Assembly (NCBI GenBank): GCA_951406725.2 | Contig: OX597820.1 | Coordinates: forward strand, 5,456,001 to 5,520,000 | DNA length: 64,000 nucleotides | Source: Octopus vulgaris | Lineage: Eukaryota | Reading direction: 5' to 3' | In this document: positions 41,419 through 55,057 of the stretch, one piece after another | Layout of the letters: each line of letters starts with the position of its first letter | Position numbering within the stretch: the stretch's first letter is position 1 | Notes under the pieces: generated by a model | Seen by the model: only the letters and a program-made list of their open reading frames with translations | What the model was told of the DNA's origin: nothing | Databases searched by the model: none | Made by a program: the position numbers and the translations under genes

Positions 41419-42918
41419 TGATATAAATATATGTACCTTTAATGTGGATGTTAATATATATATGTACGTGTATGTATGCATGTATGTGTGTATGAATACA
41501 TACATATATATGTCATTCAGTGCTTGGAATGAGGAGTAGATAGACAGCCGACAACTGATGAAGGGTCATTCTTTATGATACTTTCCCATTTGTTTTTCTC
41601 GTTGTTTTGCGTATTGAGATCATTTGTTTTCGTATTTCATGTTGTTTAATGTTAGTGACTTCCTGTACACATATATACATATATATATTTCGTAATACTT
41701 TTTTTCGTTCGGCGTTAACAGCCCTTCTTATCTTGTTTTTCCTTGTCCTGTCTTTTACTGTTTATAATTTGTACTGTCGTTACTGTCCTGTTTTTGTTAC
41801 CATTTTTTACCCCTCTGCAAAAACATCTCAGAATTTTAATTGATTTGCTTTTCGCAGGAAGGAAAGTTTCTTGTCGAAGATACGTCTCGCTTTCACCTTC
41901 GAAACGTAGAGTAGATGAAACCGTAGCGACTGAAGAAGGGGCTTTTTCTTTGTGTTAATTGTCCTGTACTCTATTTTTTTGTTGTTTAAAAAAATGTCCA
42001 GTTCCTTGGGTTTGTGTCTATGTTTTCGTTTCTCATTGTGTTCGACGTCTTTTTGGTGTCCTGTACTCATATATGCGTGTATATGTACATGTAGAGGTAG
42101 GTACGTACATATAGGTTTATATATATGCATATGTTTTATTTATTAATATTTGGCTGACCGGTTCGCGGAACACCTTCGTGACATCCACCTTGCGAACGAC
42201 ACACCGGTCTCACGCCATTTCCGCTCCACCGGTCACTCCTTGCAACACCTATCTGTGTTCGGTTTGTCCTTACACAGAGGCCATCCGGATTCCCGTTTGC
42301 GCCGTGAACAGAAATTAATCTTCTCTCTTCGCTCTTATACGCCATTTGGTCTCAACTCTCCCCCTCCTCATCTAACCCCCTCTCCCCCTCCTCACCTATC
42401 CTTCCCCCCGACCCCTACTTCTTCAGTCCTTCATCCTTTCACCCCTACTCCCCTTCCCTTCTTCCCCTCCCTCCTTCCCCCTCCCTCCTTCCCTCTTCCC
42501 CTTCCCTCTGCTCCCTCACTCCCCTTCCCTCTGCTCCCTCACTCCCCTTCCTTCTCCCCCTCCTCTCCTCTTCCCGCCTCTCCTCCCCTCTTCTTCCCCT
42601 CCCCTTCTCCCCCTATTCTCCCCTCCCCCTCTTCTCCTCACTACACCACACGACTTTACACATCACATCATATATGATGTGCCATACTAATACATACACC
42701 AACTAATACATACTAATACGTACTAATACATACTAATACATACACTAACCCTATACATACACACGTCCAGACCCCTCATACGCACTTATACTCTCTCATA
42801 CACACACACACACACTTATACATACTAATACGTACTAATACATACTAATACATACTAATACATACACCAACCCCATACATACGCCTGTCCAGACCTATCC
42901 TACGCACTAATACTCTCT

Positions 42919-42955
<37 letters not shown>

Positions 42956-43189
42956 ATACATACTAATACATACACCAACCCTATACATACACACGTCCAG
43001 ACCCCTCCTACGCACTAATAGGTGGTCATTCAACCCTGTTATCAACCCTATTATCTCCCCTTATTTCGCTCTCGCGTCTCATGTTTGATCTTTGACTTAT
43101 GGCCGAAATCAGATCGCCATGTTGATTCGTTAGTTACTGCACGCATTTTTTTTCTCTCCTTCTTTCTGTGTTTTTTTTCTCTCTGTGTA

Positions 43190-43227
43190 TCTTTCTGTTG
43201 AAGAGCGTAGGCTCGAAACGTTAAAGA
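43190..43227 (+). ncRNA. Minimal type I hammerhead in the 5' pLTR
   Basis: TCTTT-CTGTTGA-A-GAGC-GTAG-GCTC-GAAAC-GTT-AAAGA. Confidence 0.72.
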
Positions 43228-43975
43228 CTTGTTTTATTTATATTTCCTGAGCGCCATACTAATACAATTGTTTGTTTGTTTTCCACCTGCCTTCGTCTTT
43301 TGTCTATTTTCATAAAGCTTCCCGTTATATATTATGCGCTCACGTGGTCTCACTTTCATCCTATATTCTACCAATACCACTATCAACACTTACCTCTACC
43401 TTGGATTTTCTTTACCTCTTGGATACTTACCATTGGCTGCACCTCTCTTTCGCGGATCAAAGTGACTTTGCATTGATGTGAAATCCTTAAAAAATATACC
43501 ACGACGTCTACACATTTCTCACCTTGAACTTTCAACCTTGAACTTGTTCGCATAAACTGTCCCGTTTGTTGTATTTTTATTTTCTCTTTATTACCACTTT
43601 TTTTTACATTCATTTCATGCTTTCCACATTTTCCTGCATTTTTGTTCTCCTTTCCGTCTTTCTTCCCTCTCTGGATGTCCATACTCCGTTTCCTCTGCCT
43701 GCACCCCCCTTTTTTTGCCTCCCCCTCTCTCTGCTTCCCTTCTTTCTTTCCCTTTTCCGTTTGCCCCGTCTTTTCTGCCCCTATCGCTTACTTATCTAGT
43801 TTTTTCATACGATTATTATTTTTTTAATTTTTTTTATTATTTTTTTTGTTTTTTTGAACGTTTGTTTTTTTCCCCTTTTTTCGCTATCCTTTTTTTCTAT
43901 TTTTTTCATACGATAATTTTTTGTTTTTTGTTTTTTTGTTTTTTCGAACGTTTGTTTTTTTTCCGCTATCCCATC

Positions 43976-46900
43976 ATGCCGGATCCTAGGTCCTACCTCC
44001 TCACCCTCCATCACCGTTTGAAGGATCATCTCCATTCTCTTCCTGTATATTGCCTTCAGCCGTCCGTTAATCTCTCTCTACTTCTTTTTAAAAAAACCCG
44101 CTTCTCTAGCCATGTCTCTTTCCTAAGCCGCTGCCTACATCACCGACTCATCCCTAAAGGTTTCCGCCTCCACTTCCACCCTGCTCTCCACTCGGATTCT
44201 TCCATCTTACCCATACTCCGCACCACATCTTACCGCCTTATGCGGGCCACCATTCGCTCCAATCTCTCTAAACTACATGCCATCAACCGCCTTCTTCCTC
44301 CTGCTTTCTCCACCTTCTTCTCCTCTCTGCCGCCTCTCTATGCTCCAAACACGCTACGCTTCATTATCCATTTGAATCAACTCTTCCATCAATTTCTTTC
44401 TGATACCAAACTTCGTAAACTCCAATCACTCTTCCATTCCACCCTACCCGACGCCACTACCCCAACTCCTCCACCACCCTTCTCCCCTCCCGATAGGCTC
44501 CATCCACCCACACCTAACCCCACTGCCCCTCCCTACAACCCCTTCTCCCCTCCCGATAGGCTCCATCCACCTACACCTAACCCTACTGCCCCCCCCCCCC
44601 AAACCACCCCCCACACACCTCCCCAATCCCTCCCCCTCAGACCTCCACGAGACCTACCACCCCTCCTACTTCTATTCCACCCAGCCCTTCTCCACTTCCG
44701 TCTGTTGTTACCATTCCCCCTGATCTTCCCCTCTCTGCGGCTGAACGCTCCGTCCTTGGTAGGGCTCTGCGTTTCATCCCCCTCACTCCATCCTGTAAGG
44801 AATTCCAGACGCGAGTTGATGTACACAGCTTTGTGCGCCGTGCCGGTTGGGTGCGCATTACCAGGACTCGCCACCCACACCCAACGAAGAGGACTGCTTC
44901 ACTGGCCTGGGCCGCCGACCATCCCCGTGGACGCCTGCCCCTGGCCAGTTCCTAGCAGTGGAATTTTTCGCGGGCGCTTGTCAGCGTGCATTGGAGCGGT
45001 TCAACTTCTCCAGGCGCCAACGCCGCCTCAACATCTCCCCGGCTGAGCTCTTGGCTCTTCGTTCCCTCCAACGGCGCGCTGACATTATCATCAAACCGGC
45101 TGACAAGGGTGGAGCTGTAGTGGTGTGGCGCGCGGACCTCTATAGGGCCGAGGCTTTCCGCCAACTCAATGACACCTCCTTCTATTCCCCTCTGCCCTCT
45201 AACCCCACACGTAGCTACCAACAGACGGTATTCTCTACTGTCCACGACCTCATCTCGTCCTCCCGTCTCCCCCGCACCGCATCCAACCTAATTGTGCGAA
45301 CCCCACGTACCCCCACCATTTACTTCCTCCCCAAAATCCACAAACCCAACAACCCTGGCCGCCCCATCGTCTCCGCCTGTAACTGCCCCACGGAGCTCAT
45401 CTCTAAATACCTCGACCGTGTCCTTGCCCCCTAGTGGCATCTCTTCCCTCCCACATCCACGATACCAACCATGCTCTCCGGCTTTTCAACTCTTTCTCCT
45501 TTCCTCCCGGCTCCTCCAAAATCCTTTTTACTATGGACATCCAAAGCCTCTATACTGTTATCCCTCACCACGAAGGACTGCAGGCCCTTCGACACTTTCT
45601 TGACCTCCGCTCTAACCCTGTACCTGACACCTCCACACTCATTCGTCTGGCCGAACTTGTCCTTACTCTGAACTGCTTCTCGTTCGCGGGTGAGTTCTAC
45701 CATCAGGTCTCGGGAGTGGCCATGGGAACGCGAATGGGCCCCAACTATGCGAACCTGTTCGTTGGCTATGTTGAGGCCCAAATATTCTCTAATTTCACTG
45801 GTCCCACTCCTGAACTATATGGTCGTTACATTGACGACATTATCGGTGCCACCTCACTCGCCCGTGAACATCTAGATTCCTTCCTCTCTTTCGTCCAATC
45901 TTTCCATCCAGCCCTCCACTTCACTTCCACTATCTCCAACACCTCTGTCTCCTTCCTCGACATTTCGGTTAGCATTCTTCACTCCACTCTTACCACCTCC
46001 ATTCACTACAAACACACAGACTCACACTCATACCTCAACTTCTCTTCCTCCCACCCAGAACACACCAAGCTTTCCATCCCCTATTCCCAATTCCTCCGTC
46101 TACGTAGGCTCTGTAGTGACGACCATGACTTTGAGACTCAGTCTCAAAGTATGGCTCACCACTTCACCCTACGTGGATACCCCCTCACCACTATCCACAC
46201 CGCCCTTGCCAGAGCACGGTCCGTGGACCGTGTATCTGCTCTCTCTCCCCGAACCCGCCCTGTAGTCTCCCGCCTCCCTTTTCCCCTCACTTACCACCCC
46301 ACGACCCTACGTCTCCAACGCACCATTCTTCGAGCTTTCCGTCATCTCCAGTCCGACCCGTCCACTTCACACCTCTTCCCTAACCGACCCCTCCCCTCTT
46401 TCAAACGAGCCCACAACCTTCGAGACCTTTTGGTCCATAGCTCCTTCCCTGACCCTACCTCCCAACCTGGCTCGTTCCCCTGCTCCCGCCCACGTTGCCG
46501 CACTTGCCCTTACCTCTCCAACACCACCCGCCTCACTAGCACCCACCATCGACCCTATCCCATCATCCACTCCTTCACCTGCACCTCCAGCAATATTATC
46601 TATTGCGTCTCTTGCTCTCTCTGCAATTCCTTGTACATCGGACAAACGGGACGCCGCTTGGCTGACCGGTTCGCGGAACACCTTCGTGACATCCACCTTG
46701 CGAACGACACACCGGTCTCACGCCATTTCCGCTCCACCGGTCACTCCTTGCAACACCTATCTGTGTTCGGTTTGTCCTTACACAGAGGCCATCCGGATTC
46801 CCGTTTGCGCCGTGAACAGAAATTAATCTTCTCTCTTCGCTCTTATACGCCATTTGGTCTCAACTCTCCCCCCTCCTCATCTAACCCCTCCCCCTCCTCA

Positions 46901-47185
46901 CCTATCCTTCCCCCGACCCTTACTTCTTCAGTCCTTCATCCTTTCACCCCTACTCCCCTTCCCTTCTTCCCCCTCCCTCCTTCCCTCTTCCCCTTCCCAC
47001 TGCTCCCTCACTCCCCTTCTCTCTCCCCCTCCCCCTCTTTCCTCCTTCCTCCCCTTCCTTCTCCCCCTCCTCTCCTCTTCCCCCCCTACTCCCCCTCTTC
47101 TTCCCCTCTCCTTCTCCCCCTCTTCTCCCCCTCCCCCTCTTCTCCTCACTACACCACACGACTTTACACATCACATCATATATGA
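43976..47185 (+). pseudogene. Penelope-like polyprotein: RT + Cys-rich linker + GIY-YIG endonuclease, broken by a few frameshifts
   Basis: MPDPRSY start, IPKGF, IKPADKGGAVVV, YFLPKIHK..PGRPIVS, MDIQSLYT, GVAMGT, RYIDD, FLD, CSRPRCRTC, NIIY..C..C..YIGQT.R.L..RF.EH, GLN. Confidence 0.92.
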
Positions 47186-47421
47186 TGTGCCATACTAATA
47201 CATACACCAACCCTATACATACACACGTCCAGACCCCTCCTACGCACTAATAGGTGGTCATTCAACCCTGTTATCAACCCTATTATCTCCCCTTATTTCG
47301 CTCTCGCGTCTCATGTTTGATCTTTGACTTCTGGCCGAAATCAGATCGCCATGTTTATTCGTTAGTTACTGCACGCATTTTTTTTCTCTCCTTCTTTCTG
47401 TGTTTTTTTTCTCTCTGTGTA

Positions 47422-47459
47422 TCTTTCTGTTGAAGAGCGTAGGCTCGAAACGTTAAAGA
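47422..47459 (+). ncRNA. Minimal type I hammerhead in the 3' pLTR
   Basis: Identical to 43190-43227. Confidence 0.72.
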
Positions 47460-47714
47460 CTTGTTTTATTTATATTTCCTGAGCGCCATACTAATACAAT
47501 TGTTTGTTTGTTTTCCACCTGCCTTCGTCTTTTGTCTATTTTCATAAAGCTTCCCGTTATATATATATATATATGCATATGTATTTACACACATATATAT
47601 GCATATATATATATATGTATTTATTTATATATATACACATATATATATTATTTATATTATTATTTGATTGAACACCACGCATCCATTTTCAGGTACATAT
47701 GTGTGTGTGTGTTT

Positions 47715-47753
<39 letters not shown>

Positions 47754-47891
47754 TGTATGTGTATGTGTAAGAACAGACATGTGCTTCAAATTTTACGACA
47801 GCTCTTTCAGTAGAATTCTATTGATGTCTTTATAGATGACATCAGCATGCAATCCACCATCTTCTGGTAAAATTTATAAACGTATAAACAA

Positions 47892-47955
<64 letters not shown>

Positions 47956-48765
47956 ATACATATGTTTAACGTAGCATATTTCTGAATGTGGAAAATAATT
48001 TGAAAATGACATAGTTGTAATAATGAACTGTGTAAATATATCAATACGCTCCTGTTTTTATGTTTTTACATCGATGTGAGATTCAAAGCTTGTAGCATCT
48101 CCTGTCTGACCGTTTCACTATTTGCTATCTGATCCTCTGAGAAGACGTTACTGATCTTCCCCATTGAATGGCTTAGAATGTTCAGTTGCTATAATTAGGT
48201 ACTCGAATTTTAAACTATCATCGTCGTGGCTAACCTGATTTGCATAATTGTACTTTAGATGAGTCGTCACTATGTAAGCAATGTGTAGTTTATGCACCTT
48301 ACCAAATAAATCATATGTACTGATGTATTAAAATGCTTTTGCTGGAATAGAGACCTCTATAAGAACGAAGACGTGTTTTATGTATTCGATGTATGATCAC
48401 ATGCACAAACACATATGCACGCACAAAAGCTAAAATAACTCACAACCATTTCTATAAACAAATTACTACACGCTTGTGGAGACACGTGTGTGTATTTTGA
48501 GCATGTGTGAGAAGAGGGAAAGATTCCCCAACAGAGCGAACAAAACAAATGCAGTTAAAAATAAGCAACACGGAATAGGTTTTTGAAGAAAGTTATTTAA
48601 TTGATGCGTAGAGAATTGAAAAGACTCTATTATGACGTTTGGGACGAAACCATTCTTCTGAATACAGAAAGAACATACGCATACAAACACGCGCACACAC
48701 ACACGTATATGCATATATACACACACAAATATACATACATTTGTAGATACATATGCATACATACA

Positions 48766-48797
<32 letters not shown>

Positions 48798-49090
48798 AAC
48801 ACATATATGCAGATAAGGGGACAGGTAGACATATATAAATATATATATGATGGACAGATAGATAGTTATATCGACAGAGAGACAAACAGATAGAGATGCT
48901 TGTAGATAAACTGAAAGGCAGACAATTTATATATACATTTAGGTAGATAGAGAGAGCGAGAGAGAGAGAGAGAGGGGGGAGGGAGAGAGAGAGAGGGGAG
49001 GGAGAGAGAGAGAGAGGGGAGAGAGAGAGAGGGGAGGGAGAGAGAGAGAGAGAGATTGATAGATTGATAAATAGATAGACTAGCAGATAA

Positions 49091-49163
<73 letters not shown>

Positions 49164-49598
49164 CAGACAGACAGACACCAACTGCTATTGCACATAGACA
49201 TTTGTCCCAACAACAATAGGCACAATAACATATATACGCTGTAATAAATATTATACTAAAATTCTTTTACAGATTTCTGTTCCCACGTATAAAAATATAT
49301 TTTGCACAAACACAGACACACATGTACGCACATACACATACAATCACCCACCAATATACATGATTACAGACACACACACACATACGAGGACAAACGTTGA
49401 CACCTTTTCACACTTACACGTGCGCGTGCGCACAAACGAATACACAGAACCTGTATTAAAAGCACGACTTATTATTTTCATGGTGATTCTTTACGACAAT
49501 ATGTTTCTTTCTATTACATTCTCTTTAGAACAGTGAAAGTCCCAATTCCTTCAAGAATAATCTCCCCTGGTGGAAATACAAAGAAACGCCTGCGGAAA

Positions 49599-50115
49599 TC
49601 TATATATATAAAACTGTAGTTGTGTGAGTGTCTGTCTCCTACGATTTAGATTCCTAACTCCTCCCACATTTTGCGGTGCAGTTTAACCAAAACCGGGTAT
49701 TTTATAGTCGTGATTCATATCGAGCCCGTCTGGCTATTAGCGCGCGTCTACGATGTGTCTACGATTTTAAAAATAATTTAACATCATTTTTTATTCCATT
49801 TTAATGCATAATTTTTCGTGTGTCGATGGCGGCGGAGTTGGCATCCACGCTCAAACACCTGCACCTGTGTTTGCTTCTCCCCCTTCTTCCCTCCCTCGTG
49901 AAGCTGTGGGGAAGGGAGTGTAAGGAAATCAACGTCGTAAAGCGTTGTCAAGGAGACCAGCGTTCTTTTAGAACAACGACTTCATGGCTTGAAGACACCA
50001 AAACAGAAATGGCTAAGAAAGCCCGAATTGGCATCTATAAAGGAAGTAACTCTCTAAAAATGCTTATATAGTTATTTCCCTTACAAACCCGAGCAACGCC
50101 GGGCGATACTGCTAG
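49599..50115 (+). mobile_element. Non-autonomous Helitron
   Basis: A|TC start, hairpin cccgagcaacgccggg, CTAG|T end. Confidence 0.82.
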
Positions 50116-50279
50116 TAATGAATAAAACTTAATTAAAAACGATAAATGTAATTACATATTACCGCAAAACAAATACAATGTCCCCCCCCCCCCAAGTTTG
50201 GTAACGTTTAACTGTTTCTTACTTTACACTGAATGGCAAATGTTTCTTTTATTCAACCTGTGAAGAGTTAAACCCTGAT

Positions 50280-50345
<66 letters not shown>

Positions 50346-50789
50346 CAGTGGTACAACAAAACACCAACGAGAATCTTGTATTACAGCGAAAGTAAACGTG
50401 GTTGCAGGATTTGTGTTTGAAGCCAGGGAAAGAGTTAGATTTGAACCAGTAACTCGTCATTTAAATCTTCATTGGAGCAAGTCGGCGCATTTTCTCACCG
50501 CTCTGTGATTGATGGAGTAAAAACTCCCTTTAGGTGTGTTTAAAATCTAAAAACCCCAAACCACAGGAGATCTTTGCAACGGAATTAACCAAGCACATCG
50601 TATATGTTTGTCTGTAGCGGAACACTTCTCTTTGATACAATCTTTAAAACACTTTATTTCACTAACTAACCCCCAGCCAAGTGCTCCCATTTTCTTCACC
50701 CATGATGAAGAGCAAGGAACGAAATATTACTCAACACACCTCCACCTCTCACACTCAATAAATTTTCTGAGGTCTCCCACTTAAAACAT

Positions 50790-50965
50790 ACAACAAAGGA
50801 ATGCTTGCCGTCAGGCATCTGCCATATTCTGAACGTCTTGCTTTCTGAGCCATGGACACATTGCAGCTCAGACGTCTAGCGATTGACTTTGTAGACACCC
50901 GCATGATTATCCACCAACTTTCCAACAACAACCTTGGGCACCTTTTTGAATTCCATATTCTTAAC
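50790..50965 (+). pseudogene. Ancient CR1/L2-group LINE C-terminal relic
   Basis: HLPYSERLAF*AMDTLQLRRLAID resembles the 'Y.ERL..L.L.SLE.RR' motif of the 24-kb LINE. Confidence 0.45.
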
Positions 50966-51178
50966 ATGTACTAATTAAAAAAAAAAACACACAGCACCTA
51001 TGACTTTCAGGAACATTTTTTCACGCTCAGAATTACTGTAACATGGAATTAACTACCTGCATCAGTTGTTAGCTGTCGAGACAACCTTCACCAGGTGTCT
51101 TGGAGAAATTTCAAACCTGGGTTCTCATACCTAAGGTATTTTTTGATGTTGTTGTTGCTGCTGTTATTATTATTATTA

Positions 51179-51241
<63 letters not shown>

Positions 51242-51270
51242 ATTTTATTATCATCATCATCATCATCATC

Positions 51271-52951
51271 GTTGCCTTTGCACAGCTTCTGACGCTGGAG
51301 ATGTGCTACAGTGTCAGCTATTCACTACCAGTAAACTAAGGTAACACCTCTTATTTTTCGAGCACCTTCCGGAGTATTCGAGCGGTTTCAAGTAGTGCTG
51401 TTTTCTCCAAGTGCTCCATCCTTATTGCAGCCCCTATTTGTTCCACGTACTTCTCGAGATTTTTGCTCACTGATCCCTGGGCTCCGACAATTATTGGTAC
51501 TACTATCACCGTTTTCATCGATCATAACTGCTTAACCTTCCTAGCTAACCTTTCACATCTCACGACTTTTCTTTCTTCCTTATCGCATACCTTGTTGTCA
51601 GCTGGGCATGCTATATCTATGATCAAGCATAGTTTGTTTTCTTTCTCAATTAAGACTATGTCTGGCTTCCTATTCTCTATCTCATGGTCGCACTGAATCA
51701 TAAAATCCCATAGGGTCTTAGCATTTTTATTTTCGACAATGCCTTCAGGTTAGTGGTCGTACAAAATTTTTGCTCTGTCAAGTCCATACCTGTTGCAAAG
51801 TATCCAATGGAGAAACTGAGCTATATTGTCATGGTGTCTCTTATATACTTTCTGGACTAGTGGCGTACATTGGCTGGTAATATGCCACACAATTTCACCG
51901 TTTTGCCCACAGATTCTGCCCTTATCACTTTCTGATGTATTGTCTATTCTGTATTTTATATAGTTTGTTCTTAGTGATTGCCCTTGGGCAGCACAGATTA
52001 GAGCCTCCGTTTCCGGTTTTAAATCACTTTTAGTCTTCCACAGCCATCTTTTTTCTCTGTCTGTCTAATCTTCAACATCCCAATGAAACTGACCATGCAT
52101 TCTTTTCTTTATCCACCTATTTTCAGTTTCATTCGTTTTCAATTTCTTGTATAGTGCTTTATCTTTGCAGTCTTTCATCCTACACAAGCCTGACCTTTCT
52201 ACTTCTAACAATAGCGGTTCTGTGGCATTTTTACATACCATGCTATGTTGTTTTCTTCTGCTCTAATGCTGTCTTCGCATCCAATAAGTCCCCTTCCTCT
52301 TCTTTTTCTTGGTATATACAGTCAGTCAGTGTCACCTTTTGGGCAGCGTGACCCATATCTAGTTAGCAACTTCCTTGTCTTTCTGTCTAAGCTGTTTAGT
52401 TCGTCTGCAGCCCTTGCTCCACATCTAAGGAGTGAAACCGCCCAGGTGTTGATAGCTTCGATCTTATTCCGTCCGGTTAATTTCGACTTAAGGATCAGTC
52501 TCAGTCTGCGCAAGTACTTCACGTTAAATTTTTCTGTCATTTCTTTCTCCATCAATTTATCCATTTCCCAAATCCCGAAGTACTTATATACCGTCTCTTC
52601 TATCTGTTTCATAACCTCCCCCGACGGTATCGTTAGTCCGTTGATACATTTGATGTTTGCCTCTATTCAATACTAACACACCATATTTTTTCTCAGTCCA
52701 AACTCCATTCCGACATCAGAACTAAAGGTATACATCGTATTAACGAAGGAACTGACTTGGGCTTCATCTTTACCATAAAGTTTGAGGTCGTCCATGAATA
52801 ACAAACGATTGACTTTTTGTTGGCGGCTTTTGAATACATACCCAGCTTTTGCTTTCCTCAGAATCAGTGTCAGTGGTATCAAGCACAGTACAAAGATCAG
52901 TGGGAACAGGCAGTCCCCTTGGAAGATGCTACTCCTAATTTCTACTGGCCC
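51271..52951 (-). mobile_element. 5'-truncated R4/Dong-like non-LTR retrotransposon (RT + CCHC + restriction-like endonuclease), decayed
   Basis: IFQGD.L.PL.F, LFMDDLKLY, N.I.AINTWAV, (C>G)RICGQNGEIVWHITSQC, LWDF.IQCD..IE.RKPDIVLIEK...LIIDIACP; (TAA)n on both sides. Confidence 0.88.
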
Positions 52952-53029
<78 letters not shown>

Positions 53030-53097
53030 CATCATTATTATTATTATTATTATTCAGGTCACTGTTTGGAATCGAACTCGAAGCAGTAACCTGAAGG

Positions 53098-53171
<74 letters not shown>

Positions 53172-53281
53172 AAGAAGAAGAAGAAGAAGAAGAAGAAGAA
53201 GAAGAAGAAGAAGAAGAAGAAGAAGAAGAAGAAGAAGAAGAAGAAGAAGAAGAAGAAGAAGAAGAAGAAGAAGAAGAAGAA
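52952..53281. repeat. (TTA)n, (AAT)n and (GAA)n microsatellites
   Basis: Direct reading. Confidence 0.95.
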
Positions 53282-53282
53282 T

Positions 53283-53472
53283 GGCATCGAAAAATACGTT
53301 AGGAATGAAATGAGAACCCAGGTTCGAAATTTCCCCAAGACACCTGATGAAGGCTGGAGTGTAAATCAGCCGAAACATTGTGTTAACAACAAACAAGATG
53401 AGGACAAATATCCGTCAAATGTAAATAATGTAAATAATGTACATAATTCCTTATCTCTTAGATATAGAACTG
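53283..53472 (+). mobile_element. Hammerhead-bearing short element (family of 17326-17588 and 51085-51148)
   Basis: Sequence identity to those loci. Confidence 0.75.
53339..53384 (+). ncRNA. Minimal type I hammerhead with canonical core
   Basis: GACAC-CTGATGA-A-GGCTG-(10 nt)-CAGCC-GAAAC-ATT-GTGTT; the sister copy at ~17500 has GTT. Confidence 0.7.
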
Positions 53473-53562
53473 TATTAACGGTAATCTAGTTTACAGATGC
53501 TGTGAATTTCATGACGCGATAGTGACAGCGGAGAATCTCTATCTTGGTACAGAACAAATACC

Positions 53563-53792
53563 TATTTCTTTACTGCCCACAAGGGTCTAAACACAGAGAG
53601 GACAAACAAGGACAGACAAACGGATTAAGTCGATTGTATTGACCCCAGTAACTGGTACTTATTTAATCGACCCCGAAAGGATGAAAGGCAAAGTCGACCT
53701 CGGCGGAATTTGAACTCAGAACGTAACGGCAGACGAAATACAGGCTACGCATTTCGCCCGGCGTGCTAACATTTCTGCCAGCTCACTGCCTT
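53563..53792 (-). mobile_element. SINE family B monomer with 13-bp TSD
   Basis: TSD cagaacaaatacc at 53550-53562 and 53793-53805. Confidence 0.9.
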
Positions 53793-54167
53793 CAGAACAA
53801 ATACCGCTAAGCATATTGTCGTATGTGGAACAGTGCTTTCGTGTTTGGTCTTCTCGCTGACCTTTCCGTCCTACTATCATTATAGATCGGCGAACGATAC
53901 ACGCACGTCACCTATGTAGATGTGGTTCTCTCGCTTTCACTTGGTTCCTCCCTCTCCCTTTACCCCTCTCTCTCTCTTTCTCTCGCTCTCTCTCTCTCTT
54001 TTTCTTTCTCTATACTTATACTCGAATACCAAAAGTAGAGTAATATTTTGCTCTATCAAAGCTGAGAAACTGTTCAAAAACTTTTACTCAGAGTTTCACG
54101 CCTCTGTTCATCGTACAGCTGTGATTTCACCATTGTTTTGCACTTACATATTTCCATGTGTGTGTGT

Positions 54168-54223
<56 letters not shown>

Positions 54224-54577
54224 TGAAAGGAGCGGGCGTAAGGGTATTCAATGCATGGAAAGGAATAGAATATTCTCTTCAGGTCGTATTAGTCATCTGT
54301 TCTCTCGTACTTTCCTGGGCAACCGGATTAGCAAAAAGTCACCGGTTTTTACAAATTTCTTGTCGTGCAACCAAGTGTGATGAGGAATTTCGTTGTTTAC
54401 AAACAATGGTGTCTTTTTTTATAAATAAACATAAACGTAATAATGGCGTTGAAAAGCATTAAACTGCATCGAGTGTGACTTTAGTACTGGCAGAAGGACA
54501 CACCCACAGCAAAACAATACACACATACATATATATTTACACATTCACACACACACACACATACACGCATATATATA

Positions 54578-54632
<55 letters not shown>

Positions 54633-54649
54633 ACATATATATATATATA

Positions 54650-54725
<76 letters not shown>

Positions 54726-54840
54726 ATATATATATAATAATTATTTGAGGGAATATTATTCCTAACTTACAGGGAAAAATTCAATTTAGAAATACTAAAT
54801 CAAATTTCACAAAATATAATATATATATATTTTTTTTTTT

Positions 54841-55057
54841 GTACTTGTTTCAGTCATTTGACTGCGGCCATGCTGGAGCACCGCCTTTTAGAGTGGTGAA
54901 AGAGTACAGCAGGGATCACCACCTCCTGCCGGAGCCTCGTGGAGCTTTTAGGTGTTTTTTCGCTCAATAAACACACACAACGCCCGGTCTGGGAATCGAA
55001 ACCGCGATCCTCCGACCGCAAGTCCGCTGCCCTAACCACTAGGCCATTGCGCCTCCA
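54841..55057 (-). mobile_element. Chimeric SINE: family C head + family A tail
   Basis: 55057-54895 matches 9053-9200; 54888-54841 matches the family A tail aaaggcggtgctccagcatggccgcagtcaaatgactgaaacaagta. Confidence 0.85.

Larger units (their letters stand above)
42150..47560 (+). mobile_element. Penelope-like retroelement (Neptune-like) with partial-tandem pseudo-LTRs
   Basis: 42150-43330 duplicates 46658-47560, including the ORF 3' end, which is the hallmark pLTR structure; 3' end runs into (TA)n. Confidence 0.93.

Noticed and set aside
41886-41942. GAAACGTA...CTGAAGA in permuted (type II-like) order; similar CTGATGA at 41554 and 21629(-)
   Set aside because: No convincing stem I and only a weak G-U-rich stem II; probably another TA-associated repeat family, not a supportable hammerhead.
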